Source: an uncultured delta proteobacterium
GTDB taxonomy: Bacteria; Desulfobacterota; RBG-13-43-22
Length of the DNA: 64,000 nt
Direction: 5' to 3'
Assembly: GCA_963743305.1 (NCBI GenBank)
Contig: CAVUPH010000020.1
Coordinates: 96,001-160,000, forward strand
Each line of letters opens with the position of its first letter. Positions within the stretch are counted from its first letter, which is position 1. The notes under the pieces are model-generated. The model saw nothing but the letters and a program-made list of their open reading frames with translations, ran no database searches and was not told the DNA's origin. Shown here in pieces: positions 32,711 through 43,353 of the stretch. The position numbers and the translations under genes are program-made.

Positions 32711-32864
32711 CGGACTCACAAGAAGTCAAAAAGCCGTCATGGCGACTCCGGACTTGATCCAGGGGAAGCAATCCCTTCTTTGGCAACTAGCTGATTAGCT
32801 GGGATTGCTTTGGCGTTTCACTCCTCGCCCTGACGGTCCGGGGAACTCTCTGCGGGGATATCAG
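32711..32864. repeat. Degenerate wrapper-A repeat with GTCAT palindrome
   Basis: CTCACAAGAAGTC...GGCAACTAGCTGATT loop shared with 34017 and 53391 copies. Confidence 0.6.
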
Positions 32865-32906
32865 GAATGAGTCCCCGACAATACCTAATTCAGAAAAGAG
32901 CTTTAT

Positions 32907-33972
32907 ATGAATTCACGAACCTATCAGATTGCGGTGTTGCCCGGCGACGGCACAGGACCGGAGGTAGTAGCCGAAGGGTTGAAGGTCCTGCGGACCCTGG
33001 CCGGCTCAGAAAAACTTTCCTTTAATTTTATTCCGTACGACCTGGGCGGGGACCGCTACTTGAAAACCGGAGAAATCTTGCCGGATTCGGTACTCCGGGA
33101 CCTGCGGCAAGCGGATGCCATCTATCTGGGAGCCATCGGCCATCCGGAGGTGAAACCCGGCATCCTGGAACAGGGACTGCTGCTCAAGTTGCGCTTCGAA
33201 CTGGATCAGTACATAAACCTTCGGCCCGTGGTCCTTTATCCCGGAGTGGAAACCCCGCTGAAAAACAAGGGACCGGAGGATATCGATTTCGTGGTTATCC
33301 GGGAAAATACGGAAGGGCTATACGCCGGCATCGGCGGCTTTTTGCGCAAAGGGTACTCCGGACGAGGTGGCGGTCCAGGAATCGGTCAATACCCGCAAAG
33401 GGGTGGAGCGCTGCGTCCGCTACGCCTTTGACTGCTGCCGAAAAAGAAACCGGAAAAAGAAACTGACCCTTTGCGGCAAGACCAATGTCCTGACCTATGC
33501 CTTTGATTTATGGGATCGGGTTTTCAGGGAAGCTGGCCGGGAGTATCCGGATATGACTATCGACTACGCCCACGTGGATGCGGTCTGCATGTGGATGGTG
33601 AAAAATCCCGAATGGTTTGACGTGATCGTTACCGACAATCTGTTCGGAGACATCATCACCGACCTGGGCGCCATGATCCAAGGGCGGCATGGGCATCGCC
33701 GCGGGCGGGAATATCAATCCTCGGGCGGTTTCCATGTTCGAGCCCATCGGCGGGATCGGCCCCCAAATATACCGGGTCAAAACATAATCAATCCCCTGGC
33801 CGCCATCGGCGCGGCCCAGATGATGCTGGAGCAACTGGGCCTGGAAAAACCGGCCCAAAAAATCGAGCAGGCTATCCGCCGGGTGGTCCTGGAGAAGGTT
33901 AAGGATCTGACTGCCGGAAAAATGGGCTACACCACCCAGGAAGTCGGTGATCTGGTGGTGCAGTACCTTTAA
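32907..33972 (+). CDS. leuB: 3-isopropylmalate dehydrogenase (apparent frameshifts near 33352 and 33680-33770)
   Basis: [31 protein letters not shown]; SMFEPIGG in an alternate frame. Confidence 0.93.
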
Positions 33973-34016
33973 TAAGAAAAAGGTAACGAAACGGTTAATA
34001 ATTAGCAATTAATTAT

Positions 34017-34163
34017 TGAGGAGTTCGCAAAAAGTCCCCCGGGCTGTCATTGCGAGCGAAGCGAAGCAATCCCCAGCCATGGCAATTAGCTGATTCTTGG
34101 GGATTGCTTCGTCGCTTCTCTCCTCGCAATGACGGGTTTTTCGAATATTTTGCGAAACCATCG
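34017..34163. repeat. Wrapper-A repeat (TCGCAAAAAGTCC...TTTTGCGAAACCATC) enclosing a GTCATTGCGAG palindrome
   Basis: Close match to 53391-53540. Confidence 0.85.
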
Positions 34164-34230
34164 CTGTAATGGGGAACCTGGGGTAAGAGTCTTGGATTTC
34201 ATACCTGAAAAAACTGATTGAGGTGATACT

Positions 34231-35241
34231 ATGAGCCGTTTATGGAACGTGGCCGTGGCCGGGGCTACCGGCGCGGTAGGAAATCAGATGATTCGCTGCC
34301 TGGAGGAGCGTAATTTCCCGATCAGGCAGTTAAAACTTTTGGCCTCCGTTCGATCGGCGGGCAAATCCCTTTCTTTCAAGGGTGCTCCGCTGGTGGTGGA
34401 GGAATTGACCGAGCAGTCCTTCGAGGGAGTGGACATCGCCCTGTTTTCGGCCGGGGCCTCCACCAGCCTGAAGTTTGCCCCGGCAGCGGTCAAGGCCGGC
34501 TGTGTGGTAGTGGATAATTCCAGCGCCTATCGGATGGATCCCTTGGTCCCCCTGGTGGTCCCGGAGGTAAATCCCCACCGGATCGTCAGTACCCCGGGCA
34601 TTATCGCCAACCCGAATTGTTCCACCATCCAGATGGTCGTAGCCCTGAAGCCGATCCACGACCGGTCCCGGATCCGACGGATCGTGGTGTCCACCTATCA
34701 GGCGGTGTCCGGCACGGGGCAGAAGGCTGTTTTCGAATTGCAGAATCAGATTAAGGACCTGTTGGACGGCAAGGCGCCGGAAATCAAGGTCTACCCCTAC
34801 CAGATCGCCTATAACTGTCTGCCCCAGATCGACGTTTTCCTGGAAAACGACTATACCAAGGAAGAGATGAAAATGGTCCATGAAACCCGGAAGATTTTGG
34901 AGGATGATTCCATCCGGGTGGCGGCCACCGCGGTGCGGGTCCCGGTCTATTACGGTCATTCGGAAGCGGTCCATGTGGAGACCGAGGAGAAGATTACCCC
35001 GAGCGAAGTGCGAGACCTTTTGAGAGAGGCCCCGGGGGTAGTGGTCGTGGATGAGGTGGCGGCCAAAAGATATCCCTTACCCATCTTGGCCGCCGGGCGG
35101 GATGAGGTCTTCGTCGGGCGGATCCGGGAGGATATTTCCACCGAGAAGGGGATAGTTCTCTGGGTGGTGTCCGACAACATCCGCAAAGGGGCCGCCACCA
35201 ACGCGGTCCAGATCGCCGAAATAGTCGTCAAGAATAAATAG
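34231..35241 (+). CDS. asd: Aspartate-semialdehyde dehydrogenase
   Basis: GATGAVG, DNSSAYRM, NPNCST, DNIRKGAA. Confidence 0.97.
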   Translation: MSRLWNVAVAGATGAVGNQMIRCLEERNFPIRQLKLLASVRSAGKSLSFKGAPLVVEELTEQSFEGVDIALFSAGASTSLKFAPAAVKAGCVVVDNSSAYRMDPLVPLVVPEVNPHRIVSTPGIIANPNCSTIQMVVALKPIHDRSRIRRIVVSTYQAVSGTGQKAVFELQNQIKDLLDGKAPEIKVYPYQIAYNCLPQIDVFLENDYTKEEMKMVHETRKILEDDSIRVAATAVRVPVYYGHSEAVHVETEEKITPSEVRDLLREAPGVVVVDEVAAKRYPLPILAAGRDEVFVGRIREDISTEKGIVLWVVSDNIRKGAATNAVQIAEIVVKNK

Positions 35242-35291
35242 ATTTTTGCGCCGACCCCATCGACCCGAGCGGGGCGGCGCAAATAATTTAT

Positions 35292-35843
35292 ATGCGCATT
35301 ATTGCCGGCAGCAGAAAAGGGCAGCGCCTCACCGCGCTGAAAGGCATTCGGATCCGACCCACCCAGGATCGGGTCCGTGAGGCGATTTTCAACATTTTGG
35401 AGCAGCAGGGGATATTCACCAATATCGTCGATCTCTTTGCCGGCACCGGGGCTATGGGCTTGGAGGCCCTTAGTCGTTGGTCGGGGCGGGTCCTCTTCGT
35501 GGACTCGGACCGGCGGGTCATTGAAAACTTGCGGGAAAATATTCGGCGTTTGAAGTTCGAAGCCGCCTCCCGGGTGGCGGTAAGGGATCTATCTCGCGGA
35601 GTAGGTTTTCTAGAAAAGATGGGCGCCCCCTTTGACCTGATCCTGGTGGATCCGCCTTACCTCCGGGGCTGGGGACAGCGGATCGCGGAAGGCGTGCTGA
35701 CCGCCTCCCTGCTGACCGCTGAGGGCCTCCTGGTTCTGGAGCACGATCAAAAGGAAGCCGTGCCCGAAGAGGTGCCCGGTGGGCGGTTGGCCGATCAGCG
35801 CCGTTACGGCCAAACCCTGATTTCTTTTTACAGACTAAAATAA
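35292..35843 (+). CDS. rsmD: 16S rRNA m2G966 methyltransferase
   Basis: MRIIAG, RPTQDRVREA, DLFAGTG, DPPY. Confidence 0.95.
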   Translation: MRIIAGSRKGQRLTALKGIRIRPTQDRVREAIFNILEQQGIFTNIVDLFAGTGAMGLEALSRWSGRVLFVDSDRRVIENLRENIRRLKFEAASRVAVRDLSRGVGFLEKMGAPFDLILVDPPYLRGWGQRIAEGVLTASLLTAEGLLVLEHDQKEAVPEEVPGGRLADQRRYGQTLISFYRLK

Positions 35844-35867
35844 ATACGCGATAAAGGATGACTCCTC

Positions 35868-36425
35868 ATGATCCGTTGTGCCATATACCCCGGTTCCTTC
35901 GATCCCATCACCAACGGGCATTTAAGCCTGCTGCGGCGCGGCCTGCAGATTTTTGACAAGATCATCGTCGCCATTGCCATCAACCCGGAAAAAAAGCCGC
36001 TCTTCACCCTGGAAGAGCGGTTGGATATGCTGGGGCTGGTCCTGAAAGACTACCCCCGGGTCCAGGTGGATCATTTCCAGGGACTGCTGGTGGACTATGT
36101 GGCCGGGCAAGAGAGCAACCTGATTCTGCGGGGACTCAGGGCCTTGTCGGATTTTGAATACGAGTTCCAGATGGCCTTGATGAACCGGAAACTAAACCAG
36201 AAGATCGAGACCGTGTTTCTGATGACCGATTACAAGTGGTTTTACATCAGCTCCACCATCATCAAGGAGGCCGCCGCCTTGAACGGTAAGGTCGAGGGAC
36301 TGGTCCCGGAGATCGTCAACCAGCGTCTCAAGGAAAAATTTGGGTATATAACAAAAAACGGCGCCCCGGTCCCCGAAAAAAACCACAAAAACAAGAATTC
36401 CATCCGTAAACCAATATGGGAATGA
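35868..36425 (+). CDS. coaD: Pantetheine-phosphate adenylyltransferase
   Basis: YPGSFDPITNGH, RGLR, ISST. Confidence 0.97.
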   Translation: MIRCAIYPGSFDPITNGHLSLLRRGLQIFDKIIVAIAINPEKKPLFTLEERLDMLGLVLKDYPRVQVDHFQGLLVDYVAGQESNLILRGLRALSDFEYEFQMALMNRKLNQKIETVFLMTDYKWFYISSTIIKEAAALNGKVEGLVPEIVNQRLKEKFGYITKNGAPVPEKNHKNKNSIRKPIWE

Positions 36426-36492
36426 AAAAGGCTTGACAGGGGCTTCACTCCATGGTTAGCTGACCCTTTTCAAATTTCCAAGGAGTGAGTTC

Positions 36493-37209
36493 ATGCGCAA
36501 TGACGGGCGAAAACCCCACGAATTAAGACAAGTTCGAATTATCCGTAATTATATCAAACAGGCCGAAGGCTCGGTGCTGATCGAATTAGGCGAGACCAAG
36601 GTCATCTGTACCGTTTCCATCGAGGAGAAGGTCCCTCCTTTCCTCAGGCACTCCGGCCGGGGCTGGGTTACGGCGGAATATGCCATGCTTCCCCGGTCCA
36701 CCAAGACCCGGACCACCCGGGAATCCACCCAAGGCCGAATCGGCGGCCGAACCCATGAAATCCAGCGCCTGATCGGCCGGTCCCTGCGGGCCGTGGTGGA
36801 TATGTCCCTCCTGGGAGAAAGGACCTTCTGGGTGGATTGCGACGTCATCCAGGCCGACGGCGGGACTCGGACGGCCTCCATCACCGGGGCCTATGTGGCC
36901 CTGGTGGATGCCGTTGAGTTTTTACGAAAAGAAATCTCGATCCCCCGGGACCCGATCCAGGATTCGGTGGCGGCCATCAGTGTGGGTCTGGTCAACGGGG
37001 AGATTTGCCTGGACCTCAACTATCGGGAAGACTCCTCCGCTGAAGTGGACTGCAATTTCGTTATGACCGGGCACGGGAGTTTCATCGAGATCCAGGGTAC
37101 GGCCGAAGGCCGCCCCTTTTCCCGGGAATCCTTTGACCAAATGACCCAATTGGCCGTTCAGGGGATTGATCGGTTAACGGCGTTTCAGCACCAGGTCCTG
37201 ACCAAATGA
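36493..37209 (+). CDS. rph: Ribonuclease PH
   Basis: [27 protein letters not shown]. Confidence 0.97.
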   Translation: MRNDGRKPHELRQVRIIRNYIKQAEGSVLIELGETKVICTVSIEEKVPPFLRHSGRGWVTAEYAMLPRSTKTRTTRESTQGRIGGRTHEIQRLIGRSLRAVVDMSLLGERTFWVDCDVIQADGGTRTASITGAYVALVDAVEFLRKEISIPRDPIQDSVAAISVGLVNGEICLDLNYREDSSAEVDCNFVMTGHGSFIEIQGTAEGRPFSRESFDQMTQLAVQGIDRLTAFQHQVLTK

Positions 37210-37811
37210 TTTTGGTCCTGGCCACTCAAAACCAGGGCAAGATCCGGGAGATTGAAAAGTCGCTGGATTTGTCCCGTCTGAAGATTCGATCCCTTCAGGA
37301 TTTCCCGGACCTCCCCGAGGTGGTGGAAGACGGCCAAACCTTCTTGGAAAATGCCTTTAAAAAAGCTCAAGCCTGCGCCCGGGCCACCGGCTGCCCGGCC
37401 CTGGCCGATGATTCCGGACTGGAAGTGGACTGCCTGAACGGCGCCCCGGGCATTTATTCGGCCCGCTTTTCCGGAGAAGGGGCCACGGACGAAGCCAATA
37501 ATCGAAAATTGCTGTCTTTATTGGAAGGGCTTCCCGAGGAGAGACGGACCGCCCGCTTTGTCTGCCAGATGGTCCTCTATTTGCCGGAGGGTAAATGGAT
37601 TCAGACCGAGGGCTTTTGCCCGGGGATTATTGCCCCCGGACCGCGCGGAGAACACGGCTTCGGATACGACCCCGTTTTTTACCTGCCGGAATTCAATAGA
37701 ACCATGGCCGAAATCTCCCTGGAGGATAAGAACCGGATCAGCCACCGCGCCCAGGCCCTGCAAAAAATTCGTCTCCATTTATGGACGATCCTGAAGACTC
37801 CCGGCGCTTAG
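37206..37811 (+). CDS. rdgB: Non-canonical purine NTP pyrophosphatase
   Basis: [21 protein letters not shown]. Confidence 0.96.
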   Translation: MILVLATQNQGKIREIEKSLDLSRLKIRSLQDFPDLPEVVEDGQTFLENAFKKAQACARATGCPALADDSGLEVDCLNGAPGIYSARFSGEGATDEANNRKLLSLLEGLPEERRTARFVCQMVLYLPEGKWIQTEGFCPGIIAPGPRGEHGFGYDPVFYLPEFNRTMAEISLEDKNRISHRAQALQKIRLHLWTILKTPGA

Positions 37812-37947
37812 CGCAGAAGGGAATCGGGAGATGGAAGAAGGAAGATAGAAGATGGAAGCAAAAAACAAATAAAACCGTTGAGAGATGGAGGCGATATTCA
37901 CCTCTAAGAGCCCGTCAAGAAATAAGCTGTACGATGTCCCGGTATTT

Positions 37948-38029
37948 CCGTTCATGCTGAGCCTGTCGAAGCATGGCCGTATCGTTCACCCTTCGACTGC
38001 TCGACAGGCTCGCAGCTCAGGGCGAACGG
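37948..38029. repeat. CTGAGCCTGTCGAAG-type palindromic element
   Basis: CCGTTC..CTGAGCCTGTCGAAG...CTTCGAC...GCTCAG..GAACGG; flanked by AG-rich (37830-37858) and CT-rich (38060-38100) heptamer tracts. Confidence 0.75.
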
Positions 38030-38142
38030 TTGTAGTGTCGCTTTGTCAAGGGTATTTGTCTTTTCTTCCCTCTTCTATCTTCCCTCTCTCCTTTCTCTCC
38101 CCTTGCCTAACCCCCCCACATTGTGCTAAGTTACCAGGCAGT

Positions 38143-38219
<77 letters not shown>

Positions 38220-38228
38220 CTTATTCCA

Positions 38229-38654
38229 ATGGATGAACTCTTTCAAATGGGCCGGACAGCCTTGGCCGCCCAGCCATTCAGCCGTTTGCTGGGTACGGAA
38301 CTTAGTGTCTTCCGGCCGGGGGAAGCTGAATTGGCTTTGCAGATCCGCCCCGATCTCCTACAGCAACACGGCTTCGTCCATGGCGGGGTGATCGGCTACC
38401 TGACCGACAACGCCCTGACCTTCGCCGGCGGCTCAGTGTTGGGACCGGCCGTGGTGACCTCGGAGTATAAAATCAACTACCTTAAACCGGCCCGAGCAGG
38501 CCGGTTGGTCGCCCGAGCCACGGTCGTGGCCCCCGGCGCCCGCCAGGCCGTATGCCGGTGCGATGTATGGATTGTCACCGAGGAAGGTGAAGCCCTGTGC
38601 GCCACGGCCCAGGGAACGATCTCCTTATTGTCCGAACCACGGCCCAGGAAATAA
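38229..38654 (+). CDS. PaaI-family thioesterase
   Basis: QQHGFVHGGVI, EYKINYLKPA hotdog fold. Confidence 0.9.
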   Translation: MDELFQMGRTALAAQPFSRLLGTELSVFRPGEAELALQIRPDLLQQHGFVHGGVIGYLTDNALTFAGGSVLGPAVVTSEYKINYLKPARAGRLVARATVVAPGARQAVCRCDVWIVTEEGEALCATAQGTISLLSEPRPRK

Positions 38655-38692
38655 TGGATGTTGGTTATAAAGTTGAGAAGGAGAATCAGGAC

Positions 38693-39088
38693 ATGCCGCG
38701 ACTAATCCAGCAGGCGGCTTTCTTCCCGGTACCGCCGGATCGTTTGTTTGACATGTATCTGGATCCGGCCGCTCACGCGGCCTTCACAGGTGCCCCGGTA
38801 ATAATCGGTGATCAAGCGGGTGCGGCCTTTCAGGCCTTCGACGGCATGATTTCAGGGACCGTCTTGCAGGTGGTTCCGAAACGGCTGATCGTCCAGTCCT
38901 GGAGGGCGGCCCACTGGAAGCCGGAGGAAATGGACTCTACGCTGATACTGACTTTCTGGCCGGAAGGGGAGGGTGCCCGGATCGAGTTGGTTCAGGTGAA
39001 TGTGGCCGACCACGACTTCGCCGGGGTCAGCCAGGGCTGGGAGAAGTACTATTGGTCACCCTGGCTGGAGTACCTGCAGGCCGGATAA
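38693..39088 (+). CDS. SRPBCC/AHSA1 domain protein
   Basis: AAGGAG RBS; LIVQSWRAAHW, GWEKYYW. Confidence 0.88.
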   Translation: MPRLIQQAAFFPVPPDRLFDMYLDPAAHAAFTGAPVIIGDQAGAAFQAFDGMISGTVLQVVPKRLIVQSWRAAHWKPEEMDSTLILTFWPEGEGARIELVQVNVADHDFAGVSQGWEKYYWSPWLEYLQAG

Positions 39089-39103
39089 AATAATGCCGGG
39101 CAT

Positions 39104-39230
39104 AAAAAAATAGGGCAGGTCCGTTTGGCTTGATCCACCCTATTTCCGTTGTCCGAAGCACGGCCCAAATCATAGACTACCCGCCCATCCGTGCAAGAAG
39201 CCCCCTGTACCACAAGGTGCAGGGGGCTTC
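39104..39230. terminator. Hairpins between convergent genes (probable terminators)
   Basis: AAATAGGG/CCCTATTT with A-tract at 39104; 15-bp stem GAAGCCCCCTGTACC/GGTGCAGGGGGCTTC at 39197-39230. Confidence 0.6.
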
Positions 39231-39292
39231 CCGGTATATCTCTAAATGGTCTCAAGATGGTTCCAACCTCATAAAGCGTCAATTCCGCAGCA

Positions 39293-40378
39293 TTAACCGT
39301 TGGCCTTGGCAAATTCCTTCATAAAATCCACCAGGGCCTGCACGCCTGCTTTGGTAGTGGCGTTGTAGAGGGAGGCCCGGCAGCCGCCCACGGAACGGTG
39401 TCCCTTGAGGCCGGCCAGATCGTGCTTCAGGGCTTCGGCGACGAATTTGGCCTCCAGTTCCTCGCTGGGCAGCCGGAAGGTGACATTCATCAGGGATCGG
39501 CTGTCCTTTTCCGCCGTTCCCCGATAGTACCCGGATTGATCGATATAGTTATAAAGAAGCGCCCCTTTTTCCTGGTTGATCTTTTCCATGGCTCCCAGAC
39601 CGCCGATGGTCTCCTCCAGCCATTTCAGGACCAAATTGATGGTGTAAATGGTGAAGCAGGACGGCGTGTTGAACATGGAATTGTCCTTGGCGAAGGTGGT
39701 GTATTTCAGCATGGTGGGCAGATTATCCGGGGTCCGTTCCAGCATATCCTGGCGAACGATGACCAGGGCGGTCCCGGCCGGCCCGATATTTTTCTGGGCG
39801 CCGGCGTAGATCAGGCCGAAGGGTTTGCCATCAAAAGGCCGGCTCATGATGTCCGAAGACATGTCGCAGACCAGGGGAACATTGCCGCTTTTCGGGAATA
39901 CGGGCCACTGGGTTCCTTTAATGGTGTTGTTGGAGGTGAAATGGAGATAGGCTGCCTCCGGATCCACCGTGTATTCTTTGGGGATATAAGAGAAATTCTT
40001 ATCTTCGGAAGAGGCGATGACCCGGACGTCCAGCTTCTGGATCTTGGCCTCCTTGATCGCCTTGGTGGCCCAGGTGCCGGTATTGATGTAGTCCACCGGT
40101 TTCCCCGGCAGGGCCAGGTTCATGGGGATCATGCAAAACTGCATACTGGCTCCCCCTTGCAGAAAGAGGACCTGATAGTCGTCTCCCAGATTAAGAAGCC
40201 TTTTGGTCCGGGTCACCGCCTCGTTGATCACCGCATCGAAGGGCTTGGAGCGATGGCTGATTTCGGTTATCGACATCCCTGTGCCCTTATAGTCTAAAAA
40301 CTCCGCCTGAATTTCCTCTAAAACGGGCAGCGGTAAGGCGGCGGGGCCGGCATTGAAGTTAAAAACTCTCTTTCCCAT
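39293..40378 (-). CDS. serC: Phosphoserine aminotransferase
   Basis: FNFNAGPAALP, SHRS, GAQKNIG, GHRSVGG; ATG 40378 after AGGAGG. Confidence 0.97.
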   Translation of the reverse strand: MGKRVFNFNAGPAALPLPVLEEIQAEFLDYKGTGMSITEISHRSKPFDAVINEAVTRTKRLLNLGDDYQVLFLQGGASMQFCMIPMNLALPGKPVDYINTGTWATKAIKEAKIQKLDVRVIASSEDKNFSYIPKEYTVDPEAAYLHFTSNNTIKGTQWPVFPKSGNVPLVCDMSSDIMSRPFDGKPFGLIYAGAQKNIGPAGTALVIVRQDMLERTPDNLPTMLKYTTFAKDNSMFNTPSCFTIYTINLVLKWLEETIGGLGAMEKINQEKGALLYNYIDQSGYYRGTAEKDSRSLMNVTFRLPSEELEAKFVAEALKHDLAGLKGHRSVGGCRASLYNATTKAGVQALVDFMKEFAKANG

Positions 40379-40632
40379 GATTGGTCCTCCTTCTATAAAT
40401 GAAATTAATTTTGCTTGGTTCCCAGGGTTATGAGGATGTGGGCGCATCCCTCAATAAACGGTTTTTATCATTGTTAGCACAGGCGGGGACACCTTGTGTA
40501 GCATTTTTTTATTTAGCTTGAATTTATTGAAAAAATTGATTAAAGGAGATAAAGAACTCCTCTGAGATTACGGGGGTCCAACCCTCTCGACCCGACCATG
40601 CGATCATTATGCGGCGACCCGTTACCCGGCCA

Positions 40633-41144
40633 ATGAAAGTTTTCGTTATTCTTCTGGTTTCCGCGATTTTCCTTTTGTTGTCCTGCTCCAGCGGCAAATC
40701 CTTCCAGGATCTCCGGATTGAATTAGAAACCCTCCGGGTCTCCCGGACCTACCAGGACGCCTTTGATCTGGAAGGGACGCTAAAGGTTTTCAACCCGAAT
40801 GACGTGGGCGCCAAGGTTTCCGGTTACCGCTACCGACTGGAGGTGGAAGGCCGGCGTCTTATGGGGGGGGAATCGCACCCTGCCGTTTGAAATTCCTCCT
40901 TTGAAGTCCTTTCGGGTGAAGGTCCCGGGGACGGTTTATTACCAGGACCTCCTGGCGGCGTGGGGACCGGGCGCTTTCCGGGCAGGGCTTCCACTACACC
41001 CTTTTCGGAACGCTTTACTTGGACACATTCATCGGCCCCTATTCCGTGCCATTCAGTCAGGAAGGGGTCTTGAATCTCTCCGAGATCCTGCAGGAAAAAA
41101 CCCGTCAATTATTCCAAGGTCTCCTGGATGGAAACTCCCCCTGA
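40633..41144 (+). CDS. LEA type 2/WHy-domain lipoprotein (apparent frameshifts)
   Basis: Lipobox LLSC, LKVFNPND, YRLEVEG; continues across frames. Confidence 0.65.
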
Positions 41145-42745
41145 GGCTTCTTCCACCACCCAGGTAGCCAAGTCCGCCGGATCGGTAGGAGTTGCCGTTT
41201 TTTGCAGCCGGATCCTGGGCCTGATCCGGGAACAGGTCATGGCCGTCCTTTTTGGGGCCGGCTATTACATGGACGCCTTCGTGGTGGCCTTTCGCATTCC
41301 CAACCTGCTGCGCGACTTATTCGCCGAAGGCGCCCTTTCGGCCGCCTTTGTCACCGTCTTCACCGATTATGGCCAGACCAAAGGCCGGGAGGCCACCTGG
41401 CGTCTGGCCAACAATGTCCTGGTCACGCTGACCCTGCTTTTGACCCTGATCACCCTTCTGGGGATGTTCTTCTCCGAAGATATCATTCGGATCATGGCCC
41501 CGGATTTTGGGCGGGTGGCCGGCAAGATCGACCTGACCCGGCTGCTGGCCAACATCATGTTTCCCTTCCTGGTGCTGATCTCGATCGCGGCGGTGGTCAT
41601 GGGCATCCTGAACACCCGGGGGGTATTCTTCATCCCGGCCATGGCCTCCACTTTTTTCAATCTGGGCTCCATCCTCGGCGGGGTAGCCTGCGCCTGGTAT
41701 GCCCCGGTCTTCGGCCAGCCGCGCATCGTCGGCATGGCCGTGGGCACCTTGATCGGGGGCCTGCTCCAGTTGCTCATCCAGATGCCCTCTTTAAACAAAA
41801 CCGGGTTTGAATGGCGACCCGTTTTCAATCCCTGGGACCCGGGGTTGCGGCGGATCATGGTTTTGATGATCCCGGCGGTGATCGGACTTTCCGCCACCCA
41901 GATCAACATTTTCATCAATACCAATTTTGCCGCCCGCTGCGCCGAGGGCAGCGTTTCCTGGCTCAACTACGCCTTTCGCCTGATGCAGTTTCCCATCGGG
42001 GTTTTCGGAGTGGCCATTTCCATCGCCACCCTGCCCCTGGTCTCCCGCCAGGCCTCCCGGGGCGATATGACTTCTCTGAAGGCCACCTACGTCTCCTCCC
42101 TGACCATGGCTTTCCTGCTGACCATCCCGGCCTCCTTCGGGCTGGCCTTCCTGGCCGAGCCCATCATCCGGCTCATTTTTGAACACGGCCGCTTTACCGC
42201 AATGGACACCCGGCATACGGCCGAGGCCCTGGCCTATTACGCCATCGGGCTCTTTGCCTATTCGTCGGTCAAGATCACCGTCCCTATTTTTTACGCCTTA
42301 AAGGACACCAAGTACCCGGTCATCGCCAGCTTTATTTCCGTGATCACCAACATCGTGATCATTTCCTTGACCCTGAATAGGTTCCAGCACAAGGCCATTG
42401 CCTTTTCCACCTCTATTACCATGATTCTTAACTTTGCTTTTCTGGGGACGATTCTCTACCGCAAGCTGGGGGGCTTCGACCTCCGGTATTTGTTTAAATC
42501 GTTGTGCAAGATCACCGGGGCTTCCCTGGCCATGGGCGGATTGGCCTATGTCCTGAATCTGGAGTCGGGAAATCTCTGGGGAAGACCGCGCCTGCCGGGC
42601 CAGATGGCCGTCCTGGGTTTAGTGATCGCCACCGCCGGGTTGTTCTATTTCGGTGCTGGTCCACTGGTTGGGGATTCGGGAACTCAAAGAAATCCTGGAC
42701 AAACTGAAGGAACGATTGCGCCGTCCCCGCCAACTTTCACCTTGA
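41128..42745 (+). CDS. murJ: Lipid II flippase (apparent frameshift near 42655)
   Basis: SRILGLIRE, AFRIPNLLRDLFAEGALSAAF; LGIREL tail in an alternate frame. Confidence 0.95.
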
Positions 42746-42821
42746 CAATTTTTGATAAATAATCAATAAAACAGTACAGCCGGTTGATCAAAAAGGTTCA
42801 GATTTGATCAACCGACTGGGT

Positions 42822-42909
42822 GCCTGGGTGGCGGAATAGGTAGACGCAAGGGACTTAAAATCCCTCGGTCCTCGTGGCTGTACCGGTTCGATTCCGGTCC
42901 CAGGCACCA
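42822..42909 (+). tRNA. tRNA-Leu(TAA)
   Basis: GCCTGGG/CCCAGGC acceptor, AGGGA-CTTAAAA-TCCCT arm, long variable arm, CCA. Confidence 0.97.
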
Positions 42910-42927
42910 TAAAATAATAGGAAAATG

Positions 42928-42969
42928 AAGGACTTAATGCTGTGCTGGTTTAAAGTCCTTTTCTTTTCT
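42928..42969 (+). terminator. Probable terminator after tRNA-Leu
   Basis: AAGGACTT...AAGTCCTT followed by T-rich tract. Confidence 0.55.
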
Positions 42970-43353
42970 GTCCGGCGTTCTAAAATTTACCCCCATTTTA
43001 CCCCCACTTTTTTTAGAATAAGTCCTTACCCCCAATCCTCCTGATCCGGAAACAAAAAGGCTGGCCAGGTCCTCAGCCGGCCCCGATAATCAGCGTCCGG
43101 ATTCCTGTGCGGTTCGCGGTGCGACGTTCTGCCCGGACCAAACATTCCTCTGCCCGGTCTGGTCCCCGATGGTCAGGCTCAGCACCTTTTAAGGGCATTC
43201 CCTTCGATAGGCGACCGAAACCCTCCTCGACTCGGCCCTTGTCTTTTGGATAGCAAGAGGTAAAATAATAGCCAGGCAAAAGGCCATGCTATTGGGCGGA
43301 GTGTTCCCGGCAACGAACACCTTTAACCCTGTCAAGGTATCTGCAAACGTGTA

